Source: an uncultured Candidatus Rokubacteria bacterium (GTDB lineage Bacteria > Methylomirabilota > Methylomirabilia > Rokubacteriales > CSP1-6). From it: a stretch of 64,000 bases of DNA. Shown here in pieces: positions 1 through 19,278 of this stretch. The translations under genes and the position numbers were made by a program. Each line of letters starts with the position of its first letter. Positions within the stretch are counted from its first letter, which is position 1. Below the pieces are notes generated by a model, which saw only the letters and a list, made by a program, of their open reading frames with translations, made no database searches and was not told the origin of the DNA. Location: NCBI GenBank assembly GCA_963758635.1, contig CAVWWD010000005.1, positions 160,001 through 224,000 on the forward strand, in the 5' to 3' direction.

Positions 1-2366
<2,366 letters not shown>

Positions 2367-2481
2367 TCCGCTCCCGTCCCTAGTGCCTCGGGGGTCGCCG
2401 TCCCCCCATCGCTGGTGTTTTTCGCTTGGCGGTCCTCCGGGTCGTGTGGTACGTGTGAGAAGCCCGCAGCGGGCGGTACCC

Positions 2482-6115
<3,634 letters not shown>

Positions 6116-6128
6116 CCTCGCTCGGTAG

Positions 6129-6157
6129 TTGCCTCTTCCGGCGCCCGAGATTACACT
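6129..6157 (+). promoter_or_regulatory. Candidate sigma70 promoter upstream of the rodZ-like gene
   Basis: TTGCCT (6129-6134), 17-bp spacer, TACACT (6152-6157) in the intergenic gap. Confidence 0.55.
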
Positions 6158-6241
6158 CCGGCAGGGAAGGCACATGCGCACGGGATCCCGAAGGAGCGTT
6201 GCTGGACCGCCCCCTCGCCGGGTCCAGCCAGCGAAAGGCAC

Positions 6242-7331
6242 TTGCCCGTGGTGAGCCGCACGGACCAGGAAGCCCCAAGGACTTCGGGTCCGAGCGCCGC
6301 CTCCGGCCCGGTCGGCGTCCGACTCCGGCAGCTCCGGGAGAGCCGCGGCGTCTCTCTCGACGAGATCGCCCGCGCCACCCGGGTCGGCCGCCCCATCTGG
6401 AGGCCCTCGAGGCGGGCGAGACCGCCGAGCTTCCCGCGCCGGTGTTCGTGAAGGGATTCATCCGCGCGTACTGCGAGTTCCTCGGAGCCGGCCCCGAGGA
6501 CGTGCTGGCGCGGTATCACGAGATCGTGCGCGCGCCACCGACGATCGGCGCGTCGCGCACCGCGCTGGGAAGCCGGGCCCGGCCGTCGCGTCTCGGGAGC
6601 CCGATCGCGGTGAGCCTGCTCTTGCTGCTGGTCCTGGCCGGCGCGCTGCTGGCCGTGAACCTCGGGCTGCGGACGCGGCACGTCCACTCCGGCATCGACC
6701 CCGTCGCCGCGAAGGGTGGCGGAGCCGCCGGCGGCCGCTCCGACCGAGCTCACCGCGGCAGACCGTGGCGCCACGGGCGCCCCCGTGGCGGCTCCCGCTC
6801 CGTCGGCAGCGACGGCGGGCGCCGCGCCGACCACGCCCGCGGCGTCGCCGGCCGCCGGATCGGCCACGCCGCCCGTGACGCCCGCAAGTCCGCCGACGCC
6901 GCGCGCCGCTCAGGGCACTGCGCCTGCGGCAACCGGCGCGCCGCCGACGCCTCAGACGGCGGCCCCGCCTGCCGTCGGCTCCGTAACGTCCGCCGCCCCG
7001 CGCCCGGAGACGCCGGCGACGCCCCCGGCCACGACGGCCCCGGCCGCGCCGGCGACGACGCCCGCCGTCGGCGGTCAGAAGCTAGTCGTCCGCGCGATCG
7101 AGCGCACCTGGATCCGCGTCCAGCGCGACCGCGGCGCTCCATGGAGGAGGTCCTCGAGGCGGGAGCGGTGCGCGAGTGGACGCGCGGAGCGCGTGTTCGT
7201 GCTCTCCGTCGGCAACGCCGGCGGCCTCGAGCTCACGCTGAACGGCGAGCGGCCTGCCGCCGCTGGGCGGGCGCGGAGCGGTCATCCGTCAGCTCGTGCT
7301 GCCCCCCGGCGCGACCCCACCGCAATCGTGA
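6242..7331 (+). CDS. rodZ: RodZ-like protein: N-terminal HTH, transmembrane helix, Pro/Ala/Thr linker, DUF4115-like C-terminal domain (frameshifted)
   Basis: GVRLRQLRESRGVSLDEIARATR; LEALEAGE..LPAPVFVKGFIRAYCEFLG; hydrophobic IAVSLLLLLVLAGALLAV; C-terminal LVVRAIERTWIRV and LSVGNAGGLELTLNG. Start and frames uncertain. Confidence 0.8.
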
Positions 7332-8259
7332 GCTTCTTCCGCTCGCTCGCCGACCGCGTCAAGCAAGGCCTGCAGCGGACGCAGCGAACTCCTCGACACT
7401 GACATCACCGAGCTGTTCAGCTTCGGCCGTCCGATCGACGAGGCCCTGCTGGAGGAGCTCGAGGAGCGCCTCGTCGCTGTCCGACCTCGGCGCGCCCGTG
7501 GCCGCCGCGTTCGTGGGCCGGGTGCGCGAGGAGGCCAAGCGCGGGCGGATCACCGCCGCGGAGGACGTCCGCGCGCTCCTGCGCCGGTTCCTCGAGGAGA
7601 CCCTCGCGACCCGCCGAGGCGCCGCTGGACCTCTCGGGGCGGCCGTCGGTGATCCTCATGCTCGGCGTGAACGGCTCGGGGAAGACGACCAGCACGCGGG
7701 AAGCTGGCCGCGGCGCTGTCCAGCCAGGGCAAGCGCGTCTCGTCGCCGCCGCGGACACCTTCCGCGCCGCGGCCATCGAGCAGCTCCAGGTGTGGGGCGA
7801 GCGCGCCGGCGTCGAGGTCATCCATCAGGCGGCGGGCGCCGATCCCGCCGCGGTGGTCTTCGACGCGGTCAAGGCGGCGACCGCGCGCGCGGCCGACGTG
7901 CTCATCGTGGACACCGCCGGGCGCCTGCACACCAAGTCCAACCTCATGGACGAGCTGACCAAGCTCAAGCGCGTGGTCGTCGCGCCAGGTCCCCGGGGCG
8001 CCGCACGAGTCGCTCATGGTGCTGGAAGCGCCCACGGGCCAGAACGGCCTCGCCCAGGCGCGGATGTTCCACGAGGCGGTGGGGCTCACCGGACTCGTCC
8101 TGACCAAGCTCGACGGCACCGCGAAGGGCGGCATCGTCGTGGCCATCCACCAGCAGCTCGGCCTGCCCATCAAGCTCGTGGGCGTCGGCGAGCAGATCGA
8201 GCGACCTCCAGCCCTTCGACGCCAAGACCTTCGCCGCCGCGCTCGTCCCCGCGGCATGA
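7328..8259 (+). CDS. ftsY: Signal recognition particle receptor FtsY (NG domain only; frameshifted)
   Basis: [55 protein letters not shown] start overlaps the upstream TGA. Confidence 0.93.
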
Positions 8260-9416
8260 GCCCCATCGGGACCGGCGGCGATGCGCCGTCCGACGACGCG
8301 CGCTGGATGCGGCGCGCCCTCGAGCTCGCCGAGGGCGGGCGCGGGCCGCACCTCGCCCAATCCGATGGTGGGCGCGGTCGTGGTGGCGGAGGCCGGACGG
8401 TCGGCGAGGGATTCCACGCGCGCGCGGGCGGGCCCCACGCCGAGGTCGACGCGCTCGCGAGCGCCGGCGCGGGCGCGCGGGGCGCCACCCTGTACGTGAC
8501 GCTCGAGCCCTGCAACCATCACGGCCGCACCGGCCCCTGCGTGGACGCCATCGTGGGCGGCGGCATCCGGCGCGTGGTGGCCGCGGTGGCTGACCCGAAC
8601 CCGCGTGTCGAGGGCGGCGGGTCCCGCGCGCTCCGCGCTGCCGGCATCGCGGTGCGCATGGGCTGCCTCGCCGACGAGGCGCGGCGGCAGAACCGCGTGT
8701 TCTTCGGCGCGGTCGCGCGGGGGCGGCCGCACGTCACGCTCAAGTGCGCGATGACGCTCGACGGGAAGATCGCCGCCGCGGACGGCTCGTCGCGCTGGAT
8801 CACCGGCGAAGCTGCGCGGCGGGAGGCGCACCGGCTGCGCAGCGAGGCCGACGCGGTCGCCGTGGGCATCGGCACCGCGCTCGCCGACGACCCGTTGCTC
8901 GACGTGCGCCTGCACCGAGCCCTGGCCGCGAGAGCCGTACCGCGTGGTCGTCGACAGCGGCGCGCGGCTCGCCGTCAGCGCGCGCGTCCTCGCCGGCGGG
9001 ACGGCCCGAGCGGACGCTGGTCGCCGTGGCGGACACGGCGCCCCCCGATCGCGTGGCCGCGCATCGCCGCGCGCGGCGCCACCGTGCTGACCTGCCGGTC
9101 GCGCGACGGTCGGGTCGACTCGAGGATCTGTGCCGCCGGCTCTTCGGCCTCGAGGTGATGGGCCTGCTCGTCGAGGGCGGCAGCGTGCTCGCCGCCGCGT
9201 TCGTCGACGCGGGGCTCGTGGACCGGGTCGCGTTCTTCATCGCCCCGAAGCTCCTGGGCGGCGCCGGGGCGCCCACCGCGGTCGGCGGGCCCGGGGCGGC
9301 CGCTCGATGCGGCGGCGCGGCTCGCCGGACGGCCGAGGTGCGGCAGGTCGGCGACGACTGGCTCTTCGAGGCCGACGTGCGCCGCGACGACGGCGGGCGA
9401 CGCGGACGGAGCCTGA
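8256..9416 (+). CDS. ribD: Bifunctional riboflavin deaminase/reductase RibD (frameshifted)
   Basis: [60 protein letters not shown]. Confidence 0.93.
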
Positions 9417-9419
9417 GCG

Positions 9420-10018
9420 GTGTTCACCGGGACTCGTCGAGGAGATCGGGCAGGTGATCGCGCGCGACGGCGCCCGCCTCGTCGTGTCGGCGCCGGCCTC
9501 ACGCTCGACGGCAGCGCGGTGGGCGCCAGCGTGGCGGTCAACGGCGCGTGCCTCACCGTCGTCACGCGCGGGACCGATCGACTTCGGCTTCGACCTGGGC
9601 CCGGAGACGCTCGCCGTGACCGGCCTCGGCGAGCCTCGCCGCCGGCGACGCCGTGAACCTCGAGCGGCCGCTGCGCCTCGGCGAGCTTCGTGGGCGGCCA
9701 TCTCGTGCAGGGCCACGTCGACGGGGTGGGCATGGTGGCGGCCCTGGAGCGCCACGACGAACCGCGCGGCTCAGGATAGAATGGCAGGCATCGACGCTGG
9801 CCCGCTGCTGATCCCCAGGGGCTCGGTAGCGGTGGACGGCGTGAGCCTCACCGTGGCAGCGCTCGACGAGCGGGCGTTCGAGATCATGCTCATCCCGCAC
9901 ACGCTGGCCCTGACGACGCTGGGCCGGCTGCGCGCCGGGCCGGCGGGTAAATCTTGAGATGGACATGATCGGCAAGTACGTGGCGCGGGTCTTGAGCCAG
10001 AGAGGAAACGGTCCGTGA
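9420..10018 (+). CDS. ribE: Riboflavin synthase alpha chain (frameshifted)
   Basis: MFTG start, [52 protein letters not shown]. Confidence 0.92.
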
Positions 10019-11244
10019 TCGACGAGTCCGCGCGAGAATTCGCCACCATCGACGAGGCGATCGAGGAGATCCGCGCCGGCCGCATGCTCGTGGTCGTCGA
10101 CGACGAGGACCGCGAGAACGAGGGCGACCTTGTCATGGCCGCCGATCTCGCCACCCCCGAGGCGGTCAACTTCATGGCGAAGTACGGCCGGGGGCTGATC
10201 TGCGTGCCCCTGCCCGGAGAGCGCCTCGACGAGCTGCAGATCTCGATGATGGTGCGCGACAACACGGCGCCGCTCGGCACCGCGTTCACGACCACCGTCG
10301 ACGCCCGGCGCGGCGTCACCACCGGCACGTCGGCCTACGACCGCGCCGTCACCATCCGCGCCCTGGTGGACCCGGCGAGCCAGCCGCAGGACCTCACGCG
10401 CCCCGGTCACATCTTCCCGCTGCGCGCGCTGCCCGGCGGCGTGCTCCGGCGCGCCGGGCACACCGAGGCCGCGGTGGATCTGGCGCGGCTGGCCGGCTGC
10501 TCGCCGGCCGGGGTCATCTGCGAGGTGCTCGACGACGACGGCGGCATGGCGCGCCTGCCCGACCTCGTCAAGCTCGCCCGCACCCACGGGCTCAAGCTCA
10601 TCACGATCCGGGACCTGATCGAGTACCGCATCCAGAAGGAGAAGCTCGTGCGGCGGGCCGCGGAGACCCGCCTCCCCACGGACTACGGCGACTTCAAGGT
10701 CATCGCCTACGAGACCACGGTGGACGACCGCGTCACCCTGGCCCTCGTCCTCGGCGACGTGTCGGGCGACGAGCCCGTCCTCATGCGCGTGCACTCGGAG
10801 TGCCTGCCCGGGGACGTCTTCGGCTGCCGCCGGTGCGACTGCGGCTCGCAGCTGCACAAGGCGCTGACGATCATCGCCGCGCGAGGGGCGGGGCGTGCTC
10901 GTCTACATGCGGCAGGAGGGGCGGGGGATCGGGCTCCTCAACAAGCTCAAGGCCTACGAGCTGCAGGACCAGGGGCAAGGACACGGTGGAGGCCAACCAC
11001 GCCCTCGGCTTCGGCGCCGACCTCCGCCACTACGGCCTCGGCGCGCAGATCCTCGTGGACCTCGGCGTGAAGAACCTCCGGTACCTGACCAACAACCCGA
11101 AGAAGATCGTCGGCATCGAGCGGCTACGGCCTCCGCGTCGTCGAGCGCGTGCCGCTCGAGATCCCGCCCACCGAGGAGAACCGCCGCTACCTCATCACCA
11201 AGCGCGAGAAGATGGGGCACCTCTTCTCGTTCTTCCCGGACTGA
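10015..11244 (+). CDS. ribBA: Bifunctional DHBP synthase / GTP cyclohydrolase II (frameshifted)
   Basis: [66 protein letters not shown]. Confidence 0.95.
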
Positions 11245-11247
11245 GCC

Positions 11248-11781
11248 GTGGCCGGACGCGCCCCCCGACCCGCGACCGGGCGCCGCCGCCGGCCTGCCGC
11301 CGGCGGCGCGCTTCGCGATCGTCGCCGCGCGCTTCAACGAGCCCATCTCGAAGAAGCTGGTCGACGGCGCCCTCGCCGCGCCTCGCCGAGCAGGGCGTCC
11401 GGGCCGACGCCGCCGACGTGCACTGGGTGCCCGGCTCCTTCGAGCTCCCACTGGCCGCCCGCGCGCTCGCGCGCACGGGGCGCTACGCCGGCGTGGTGTG
11501 CGTCGGCGTCGTGATCACGCGGCGGGACGCCGCACTTCGAGCACGTCTCGCGCGAGGCGGCGACAGGCATCCGTCAGGTCGGCGCTCGACGACCGGGGTC
11601 CCGGTGACCTTCGGGCTGATCACCGCGCTCACCGAGGAGCAGGCGTGGGAGCGGGCGGGCGGCTCGGTGGGCAACCGCGGTCACGAGGCGGCGCTCGCCG
11701 CCGTCGAGATGGCGGGCTGGCTCCGGCGCCTCGGCCGTCGGGGCCGGGGACACCGGCGCGCCGGAGCGCGCCGATGGGTAG
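11248..11781 (+). CDS. ribH: 6,7-dimethyl-8-ribityllumazine synthase (frameshifted; ends approximate)
   Basis: [56 protein letters not shown]. Confidence 0.9.
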
Positions 11782-12190
11782 GCGCCGCAAGTCGCGCGAG
11801 CTGGCGCTCCAGCTCCTCTACCAGCTCGACGTGCAGGGCGTGGGCGATCCGGGCCCCGCGTTCGCCGAGTTCTGGATGCGGCACCCCGTGGACGACGAGG
11901 TGCGCGAGTTCGCCGAGTCCCTCGTCCGCGGCGCCAAGCTCCACCAGGGCAAGATCGACGAGCTGATCGCCCAGTACGCCGAGAACTGGGAGCTCGAGCG
12001 CATGGCGGTGGTGGACCGCAACATCCTGCGCGGCGGGATCTTCGAGCTCCTGTGGGAGAGCGACGTCCCGCCCAAGGTCGCGATCAACGAGGCTCTCGAG
12101 GTCGCCAAGAAGTTCAGCACGCAGGAGTCGAGCCGCTTCATCAACGGCATCCTCGACCGCATGCACAAAGAGCTCTCGCCTTCCGGCTAA
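11774..12190 (+). CDS. nusB: Transcription antitermination factor NusB
   Basis: [51 protein letters not shown]; follows ribH as usual. Confidence 0.96.
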   Translation: MGRRRKSRELALQLLYQLDVQGVGDPGPAFAEFWMRHPVDDEVREFAESLVRGAKLHQGKIDELIAQYAENWELERMAVVDRNILRGGIFELLWESDVPPKVAINEALEVAKKFSTQESSRFINGILDRMHKELSPSG

Positions 12191-12221
12191 ATTAGCCCGA
12201 CAGCCCTGGCCGGCCCACGCA

Positions 12222-12965
12222 ATGCGCTACGCGATCCTCTCGGACGTCCACGCGAACCTCGAAGCCCTGACCGCGGTGCTCGCCGACGCGGACCGGGAGG
12301 GCGCCACCGCCATCTTCGGCCTTGGCGACCTCGTCGGCTACGGCGCGGATCCCGGGGCGTGCGTGGACGCGGTGGGCGACCGCGGCGCCGCGGCTGGTGG
12401 CCGGCAACCACGAGTGGGGCGCGGTCGGGCTGATCGACGTGGCGTGGTTCAATCCCGCGGCGCGCGCGGCCGATCCTCTGGACCCGCGAACGGCTCGCCC
12501 GCGACGCGAGCCGCTACCTGGCCGCGCTGCCCCTCACGGCGACGGTCGAGGACGCGACGCTCGTCCACGCCAGCCCCCGGAATCCCGAGGAGTGGGACTA
12601 TCTCACCTCGGCGGAGGAGGGGTTCGACGTGTTCGAGGCGTTCGACACGCGGCTCTGCTTCGTCGGCCACTCGCACCGGCCCGCGGTGTGGTCGCTCGGC
12701 TCCGGCAGGCCCGGACCACGCCGCCGCCTTCCGGGCCTGGCCGGTGCGCATCGCGCTCGAGCACGGCCGCCGCTACGTCATCAACGTGGGCAGCGTGGGG
12801 CAGCCGCGCGATCGAGACCCGCGCGCCGCCTACGCTATCTGGGACGTCGACCGGCGCGAGGTCGAGATCCGCCGGGTGACGTACGACCACCGCGCGACCG
12901 CCGCCAAGATCCTCGGCGCCGGCCTGCCGCGTCTGCTCGCCGACCGTCTGGCGCGGGGCTTTTGA
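12222..12965 (+). CDS. Metallophosphoesterase (calcineurin-like family; frameshifted)
   Basis: SDVHANLEAL, LGDLVGYG, GNHE, VHASP, FVGHSH, NVGSVGQPRDRDPRAAY. Confidence 0.88.
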   Translation: MRYAILSDVHANLEALTAVLADADREGATAIFGLGDLVGYGADPGACVDAVGDRGAAAGGRQPRVGRGRADRRGVVQSRGARGRSSGPANGSPATRAATWPRCPSRRRSRTRRSSTPAPGIPRSGTISPRRRRGSTCSRRSTRGSASSATRTGPRCGRSAPAGPDHAAAFRAWPVRIALEHGRRYVINVGSVGQPRDRDPRAAYAIWDVDRREVEIRRVTYDHRATAAKILGAGLPRLLADRLARGF

Positions 12966-14531
12966 CCGGGTCCGGGGCGGCCGAGCGCCTCCACGCGCTG
13001 GCCGCGGGGCGGGTCCGCGTGCCCGTCCTCGTCGCTGTCCGGCGTGCTCGGCGCGCTCGCGTATCCACGGCTGGGATGGTGGCTGCTCGCGTGGGTGTTC
13101 CTCGCGCCCGCGTTCGCGCTGGCGCTGGCGCGCCCGCCGCGGGCGGCGCTCCGCGACGGCTGGCTCGCCGGCACCGCGTTCTTCGTCGTGCTGCTCTCGT
13201 GGCTCGACCATACCTTCACGCACTACAGCGCGATCCCGTGGCCGGTGTCCTGGCTGCCCATCGCCGCGCTCGCCGCGTACTGCGGCCTCTACGTGGGCCT
13301 CGTGTGCCTCGGGCTGTCACTGGCTGGCGCCCGGCTCTCGGCGGCCGGGCGCTGGCCATGGCGCCCGTCTCTCTGGGTGGCGGGGGAGTGGATCCGCGGA
13401 TGGCTGATGGACGGCTTTCCGTGGGGGCTCGTCGGCTACTCGCAGCACTCGGCGCTCGCCGTCATCCAGATCGCGGACCTGGCCGGCGTCTACGGCGTCT
13501 CCTTCGTGGTCGTCGCGGCAAACGCCGCGCTCGCCGCGGTCCTGGCCCTCGCCGTGGCGCCGGGCCGCTCCGGGCGTCGCGGGCGCCCTCGTGCTCCTGG
13601 GCGCCTCGATCGCGTATCGGCGTGCTCGCGCTCCGGTCGGCTGACGCCGCCGCGTCCGTGCCGGTGGCCGTGATCCAGCCCGCGGTCGAGCAATCGATCA
13701 AGTGGGATCCGGCGAGCCGCGCGGAGATCCTCGACCGCTACGAGCGCCTGACCCGCGAGGCCGCGCGCTCAGCGTCCGGTGCTCGTGGTCTGGCCGGAGA
13801 CGGCGGCGCCGATCTTCCTCAGGGGCGAGCCAGAGCTGCGTGCGCCGCCTCACGCGCCTCGCGGGGGAGGTCGGGACACCGCTCCTGGTCGGCTCGGTGG
13901 ATCGTCAGCCGGGGCCCGGCGGGGCCCTCCTGAACAGCGCGTTTCTCCTGACGGGACAGGGAATTACGGCCAAGTATGATAAGATGCACCTCGTTCCGTT
14001 CGGCGAGTACGTGCCGCTCTCGGGCCTGATCGGCTTCGTCCGGAGCTGGGCGGAGTTCATCTCGGACTTCGCGGCGGGCGAGCAGGCGACGGTGTTCCCG
14101 CTGCGAGGCCGGCCGCTTCGGCACGGTCATCTGCTACGAGGTGATCTTCCCCGAGCTGTTCCGGCGGGTCGGTGGCCGGCGGCGCGGCGTTCATGACGAA
14201 CATCACGAACGACGCGTGGTTCGGGGAGACCAGCGGTCCGTGGCAGCACCTGGCCACGCTGCCGCTGCGGGCGGTGGAGCACCGGGTCGGCATCGCCCGC
14301 GCGGCGAACACGGGCATCTCGGCGTTCGTCGAACCGAGCGGGCGCATCACGTCCTGGCTGCCGCTCGGCGCGCGCGGCGTGCTCGAGCGGCGGGTGACGC
14401 TCCGGCGCGGGCCGACGATGTACACGCGATACGGTGACTGGCTGCCGTGGGGCTGCTGCCTCGCGGCGGCGGCAACGCTCATGGGCTCTGCACTCTCGAG
14501 GAGGTCTCCACGGTCATGCTCGGCGAGCTGA
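12962..14531 (+). CDS. lnt: Apolipoprotein N-acyltransferase (frameshifted)
   Basis: Multiple TM segments, EWIRG..GFPWGLVGYSQ, VVWPETA, YDKMHLVPFGEYVP, ICYEVIFP, NITNDAWFG, RAANTGIS. Confidence 0.93.
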
Positions 14532-15637
14532 AGCGGGACATCGCGGACGTTGAGCGCCGCCTGGACGACCTCCGGAGCCATCTTTGACCTCCCGGGAAAG
14601 CAGGCCCGCCTCGCCCTGATCGACGGGGAGATGGCCAGGCCCACCTTCTGGGACGATTCCCGGAAGGCCCAGGGCGTGGTGCAGGAGCGCGCCGCCCTCG
14701 CCCGGCTCGTCACCGCGGTTCGACGAGATCAGCACGCAGGCCGGCGAGGCCCGCCTCCTCTGGGAGATGGCGACCGAGGCGGGCGACGAGAGCCTCGCCG
14801 CCGAGATCGAGCAGGGGCTCGGGCGCGTGCGCGAGGCCCTCGAGGCCTTCCAGCTCAAGGTCACGCTCTCCGGGCCGCAGGACGCCAAGGACGCCATCGT
14901 CTCCATCCACCCGGGCGCCGGGGGCACCGAGTCCCAGGACTGGGCGCAGATGCTCCTGCGCATGTACCTGCGCTGGGCGGAGCGCGCGGGCTTCAAGGCC
15001 GAGGTGGTCGACCTGCTGCCCGGCGAGGAAGCCGGGATCAAGTCCGCCACCATCGACGATCAACGGCGAGTACGCGTACGGCTACCTCAAGAGCGAGGTC
15101 GGCGTGCACCGCCTGATCCGCATCTCACCGTTCGACGCCTCCAAGCGGCGGCACACCTCGTTCGCCTCCGTGGCCGTGATCCCCGAGGTCGAGGACGTCG
15201 AGGTCGTGATCAAGGACGAGGAGCTCCGCGTGGACGTGTACCGCTCCTCCGGCCCCGGCGGGCAGGGGGTCAACACCGCGGACTCCGCGGTGCGCATCAC
15301 GCACCTGCCGACCGGCATCGTGGTGGCCTGCCAGAACGAGCGCTCGCAGCTCCGGAACCGCGACACCGCGATGCGCATCCTGCGGGCGCGGCTCTACCAG
15401 GTCTACGAGAAGAAGCAGACGCGAGGAGCTCGCCGAGCTGACGGGCGAGAAGAAGGAGATCGCCTTCGGGAGCCAGATCCGCACCTACACGTTCCATCCG
15501 TACCAGATCATCAAGGACCACCGCACCGGCGTGGAGGTCGGCAACGTCGACGCGGTGATGGACGGGGACGTGGAGCCCTTCATCCGGGCCTTCCTGACCC
15601 AGGCGCGCCCTGACGGGGGCCGGACGGAGGGACGGGC

Positions 15638-15641
<4 letters not shown>
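14516..15641 (+). CDS. prfB: Peptide chain release factor 2 with programmed +1 frameshift (plus extra apparent indels)
   Basis: 23-codon first ORF ends CTT TGA C (14582-14588); [14 protein letters not shown] motif (RISPFD), GGQ motif (GPGGQGVN). Confidence 0.95.
14574..14588 (+). promoter_or_regulatory. RF2 autoregulatory +1 frameshift site
   Basis: Internal SD-like GGAG (14574-14577) just upstream of CTT-TGA-C; the +1 frame continues DLPGKQARL. Confidence 0.9.
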
Positions 15642-17170
<1,529 letters not shown>

Positions 17171-17174
<4 letters not shown>

Positions 17175-18409
17175 AGCGCGGGCTCCCCGTCGAGCTCTTC
17201 CTGGGCCTGCGGTACCTCCGCGCGCGCGGCCAGCGCAGCAACCTCTCGTTGTTCGTCTGGATCGGGATCGGCGGGGTGTTCCTGGGCGTGAGCGCGCTCA
17301 TCGTGGTGCTCGCGGTGATGACCGGCTTCCAGGACGGCATCAAGGACAAGATCATCGCGGCCAACCCGCACATCCTCGTGCTGGAGTCGGGCGGCCGGGG
17401 CGTGGCCGACTGGACCGCCCTCGCCGGCCGCGTGCGGCCGATCCCGGGGGTGCGCTCCGCCACGCCGTTCGTGCTCCAGCAGGCGCTCTTCACCGCCCAG
17501 GGCGGCGGAGCCACCGGCGGCCTGCTGCGCGGCGTGGACCTCGCCTCGCCCGAGGTGCGAAAGACCCTGGCCACCCACATCAAGATGGGCGACCTCGAGG
17601 CCCTCGACCGCGCCGCGGAGCCCGCGGTCCTGCTGGGCCGGGAGCTCGCCCGGCTCCTCGGCGCCCTGCCCGGCGACCACGTGACGGTGATCTCCCCGCA
17701 GGGCGCCATCACCGCGGTCGGCCTCGTGCCGAAGATGCGCCGCTTCAAGGTGGCCGGCTTCTTCGAGGTCGGCATGCACGAGTACGACTCGTCGCTCGCC
17801 TACACCACCATCGCCGCGGCCCAGGAGTTCGCGGGGCTGGGCGACCGCGTCTCCGGCGTCGAGGTGAAGCTCGACGATCCCTTCGAGGCCAAGGTGGTGG
17901 GCCGGAAGATCGCGGCGGCGGCGGTCGGGCCCTTCTGGATCCGGGACTGGATGGAGATGAACCGGAACCTCTTCGCCGCGCTCCAGCTCGAGAAGCTGGC
18001 GCTGTTCGTGATCGTCACCATCATCGTGCTCGTGGCCGGCTTCGCCATCATCGGCCATCTCGTGCTCCTCGTCGCCGAGAAGCGAAAGGAGATCGGCATC
18101 CTCAAGGCCATGGGCGCGACGTCGACGAGCATCGCCTCGATCTTCCTCGCCGCCGGCATGCTGATCGGCCTCGTCGGGACCGCGGCGGGGAGCGCCTTCG
18201 GCCTGCTCCTCATCTGGGTGCAGAACACCTACCGGATCATCCGCCTCGCCGGCGACGTGTACCAGATCAGCCACCTCCCGATGAAGCTCACCGGATCGGA
18301 CTTCGCCCTCGTCGTCGGCGCCACCCTCGTCATCTCCTTCCTCGCGACGCTCTCGCCGGCCCGCCGCGCCGCCGGGCTCGATCCCGTCGACGTGCTGCGC
18401 TATGAGTGA
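17171..18409 (+). CDS. lolE: Lipoprotein-releasing ABC transporter permease, LolC/E family
   Basis: [15 protein letters not shown], periplasmic domain, [31 protein letters not shown]. Confidence 0.92.
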
Positions 18410-18433
18410 CGGGGGCCACGCGGACCGCCCGGC

Positions 18434-19123
18434 ATGACCGAGCGCCCGCCGCTGCTGCTGGCCGAGGAGCTCGAGAAGGAATACCGCGCGGGCCCGGAGC
18501 CGGTGCGCGTGCTGCGCGGGGTGTCCCTCACGGTCAACGCCGGCGAGTCGGTGGCGGTCATCGGCGCGTCCGGGGTGGGGAAGTCGACCCTCCTCCATCT
18601 GCTGGGCGCGCTCGACCATCCGTCGGCCGGGCGCCTGGCCTTCGACGGCGAGGACGTGTTCTCGCGCTCGGAGAGCCAGCTCGCGAGGCTCCGGCGCACC
18701 CAGGTCGGGTTCGTCTTCCAGTTCGGCAACCTCCTCGGCGAGATGACCGCGGTGGAGAACGCCATGCTCCCCGCCATGCTCCAGCGGCTGCCCCCCGTCG
18801 AGGCGCGCGAGCGGGCGGAGGCGCTCCTGGTCGAGGTGGGCCTGGCAGAGCGCATGGGGCATCGCCCGGGCGAGCTGTCGGGAGGCGAGCAGCAGCGGGT
18901 CGCCATTGCGCGCGCCCTCTGCGGCCGGCCCCGCGTGATCATCGCCGACGAGCCCACCGGCAACCTGGATCCGAAGACCAGCGAGGTCATCTGGGACCTG
19001 TTCCTCCGTCTGCAGGCCGAGCGGGGCCTCGCCATCGTCGTCGCCACCCACAACCACGATCTCGCGCGCCGCGCCGACCGCGCCTACCAGCTTGTCGAGG
19101 GTCGCGCGCTGCCGTGGCCGTGA
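18434..19123 (+). CDS. lolD: Lipoprotein-releasing ABC transporter ATPase
   Basis: GASGVGKST, LSGGEQQRVAIARAL, ADEPTGNLD; directly follows lolC/E. Confidence 0.92.
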   Translation: MTERPPLLLAEELEKEYRAGPEPVRVLRGVSLTVNAGESVAVIGASGVGKSTLLHLLGALDHPSAGRLAFDGEDVFSRSESQLARLRRTQVGFVFQFGNLLGEMTAVENAMLPAMLQRLPPVEARERAEALLVEVGLAERMGHRPGELSGGEQQRVAIARALCGRPRVIIADEPTGNLDPKTSEVIWDLFLRLQAERGLAIVVATHNHDLARRADRAYQLVEGRALPWP

Positions 19124-19278
19124 GGCCGGGGGACACCGGATCAAGCAGATAGGCGTGTTCGGCGCGTCCGATAGCAGATTCCGCTAGGAGAGGTCCGGCG
19201 GCGGGAGGTATACTCGGGTCAGGTTCGTGGGGCGGAGCCCTCACACTACCTAAACCCCTACTGGAGCGAGGGAGACAC

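Noticed and set aside
2385..2423. Intrinsic terminator after secA
   Set aside because: The G5/C6 stem is short and the T-run is separated from it by about 10 nt; too weak to call.
6716..7075. Pro/Ala/Thr-rich repetitive stretch
   Set aside because: Ordinary low-complexity linker of the RodZ-like protein, with no fixed-period DNA repeat.
8200..8260. FMN riboswitch before the rib genes
   Set aside because: The ribD start overlaps the ftsY stop, so there is no leader space, and no RFN motif is visible.
19124..19278. Possible sRNA or heat-shock operator (CtsR/CIRCE) upstream of clpC
   Set aside because: Only a TATACT -10-like hexamer and a 7-bp AGCAGAT repeat; no match to those operators and no convincing structure.
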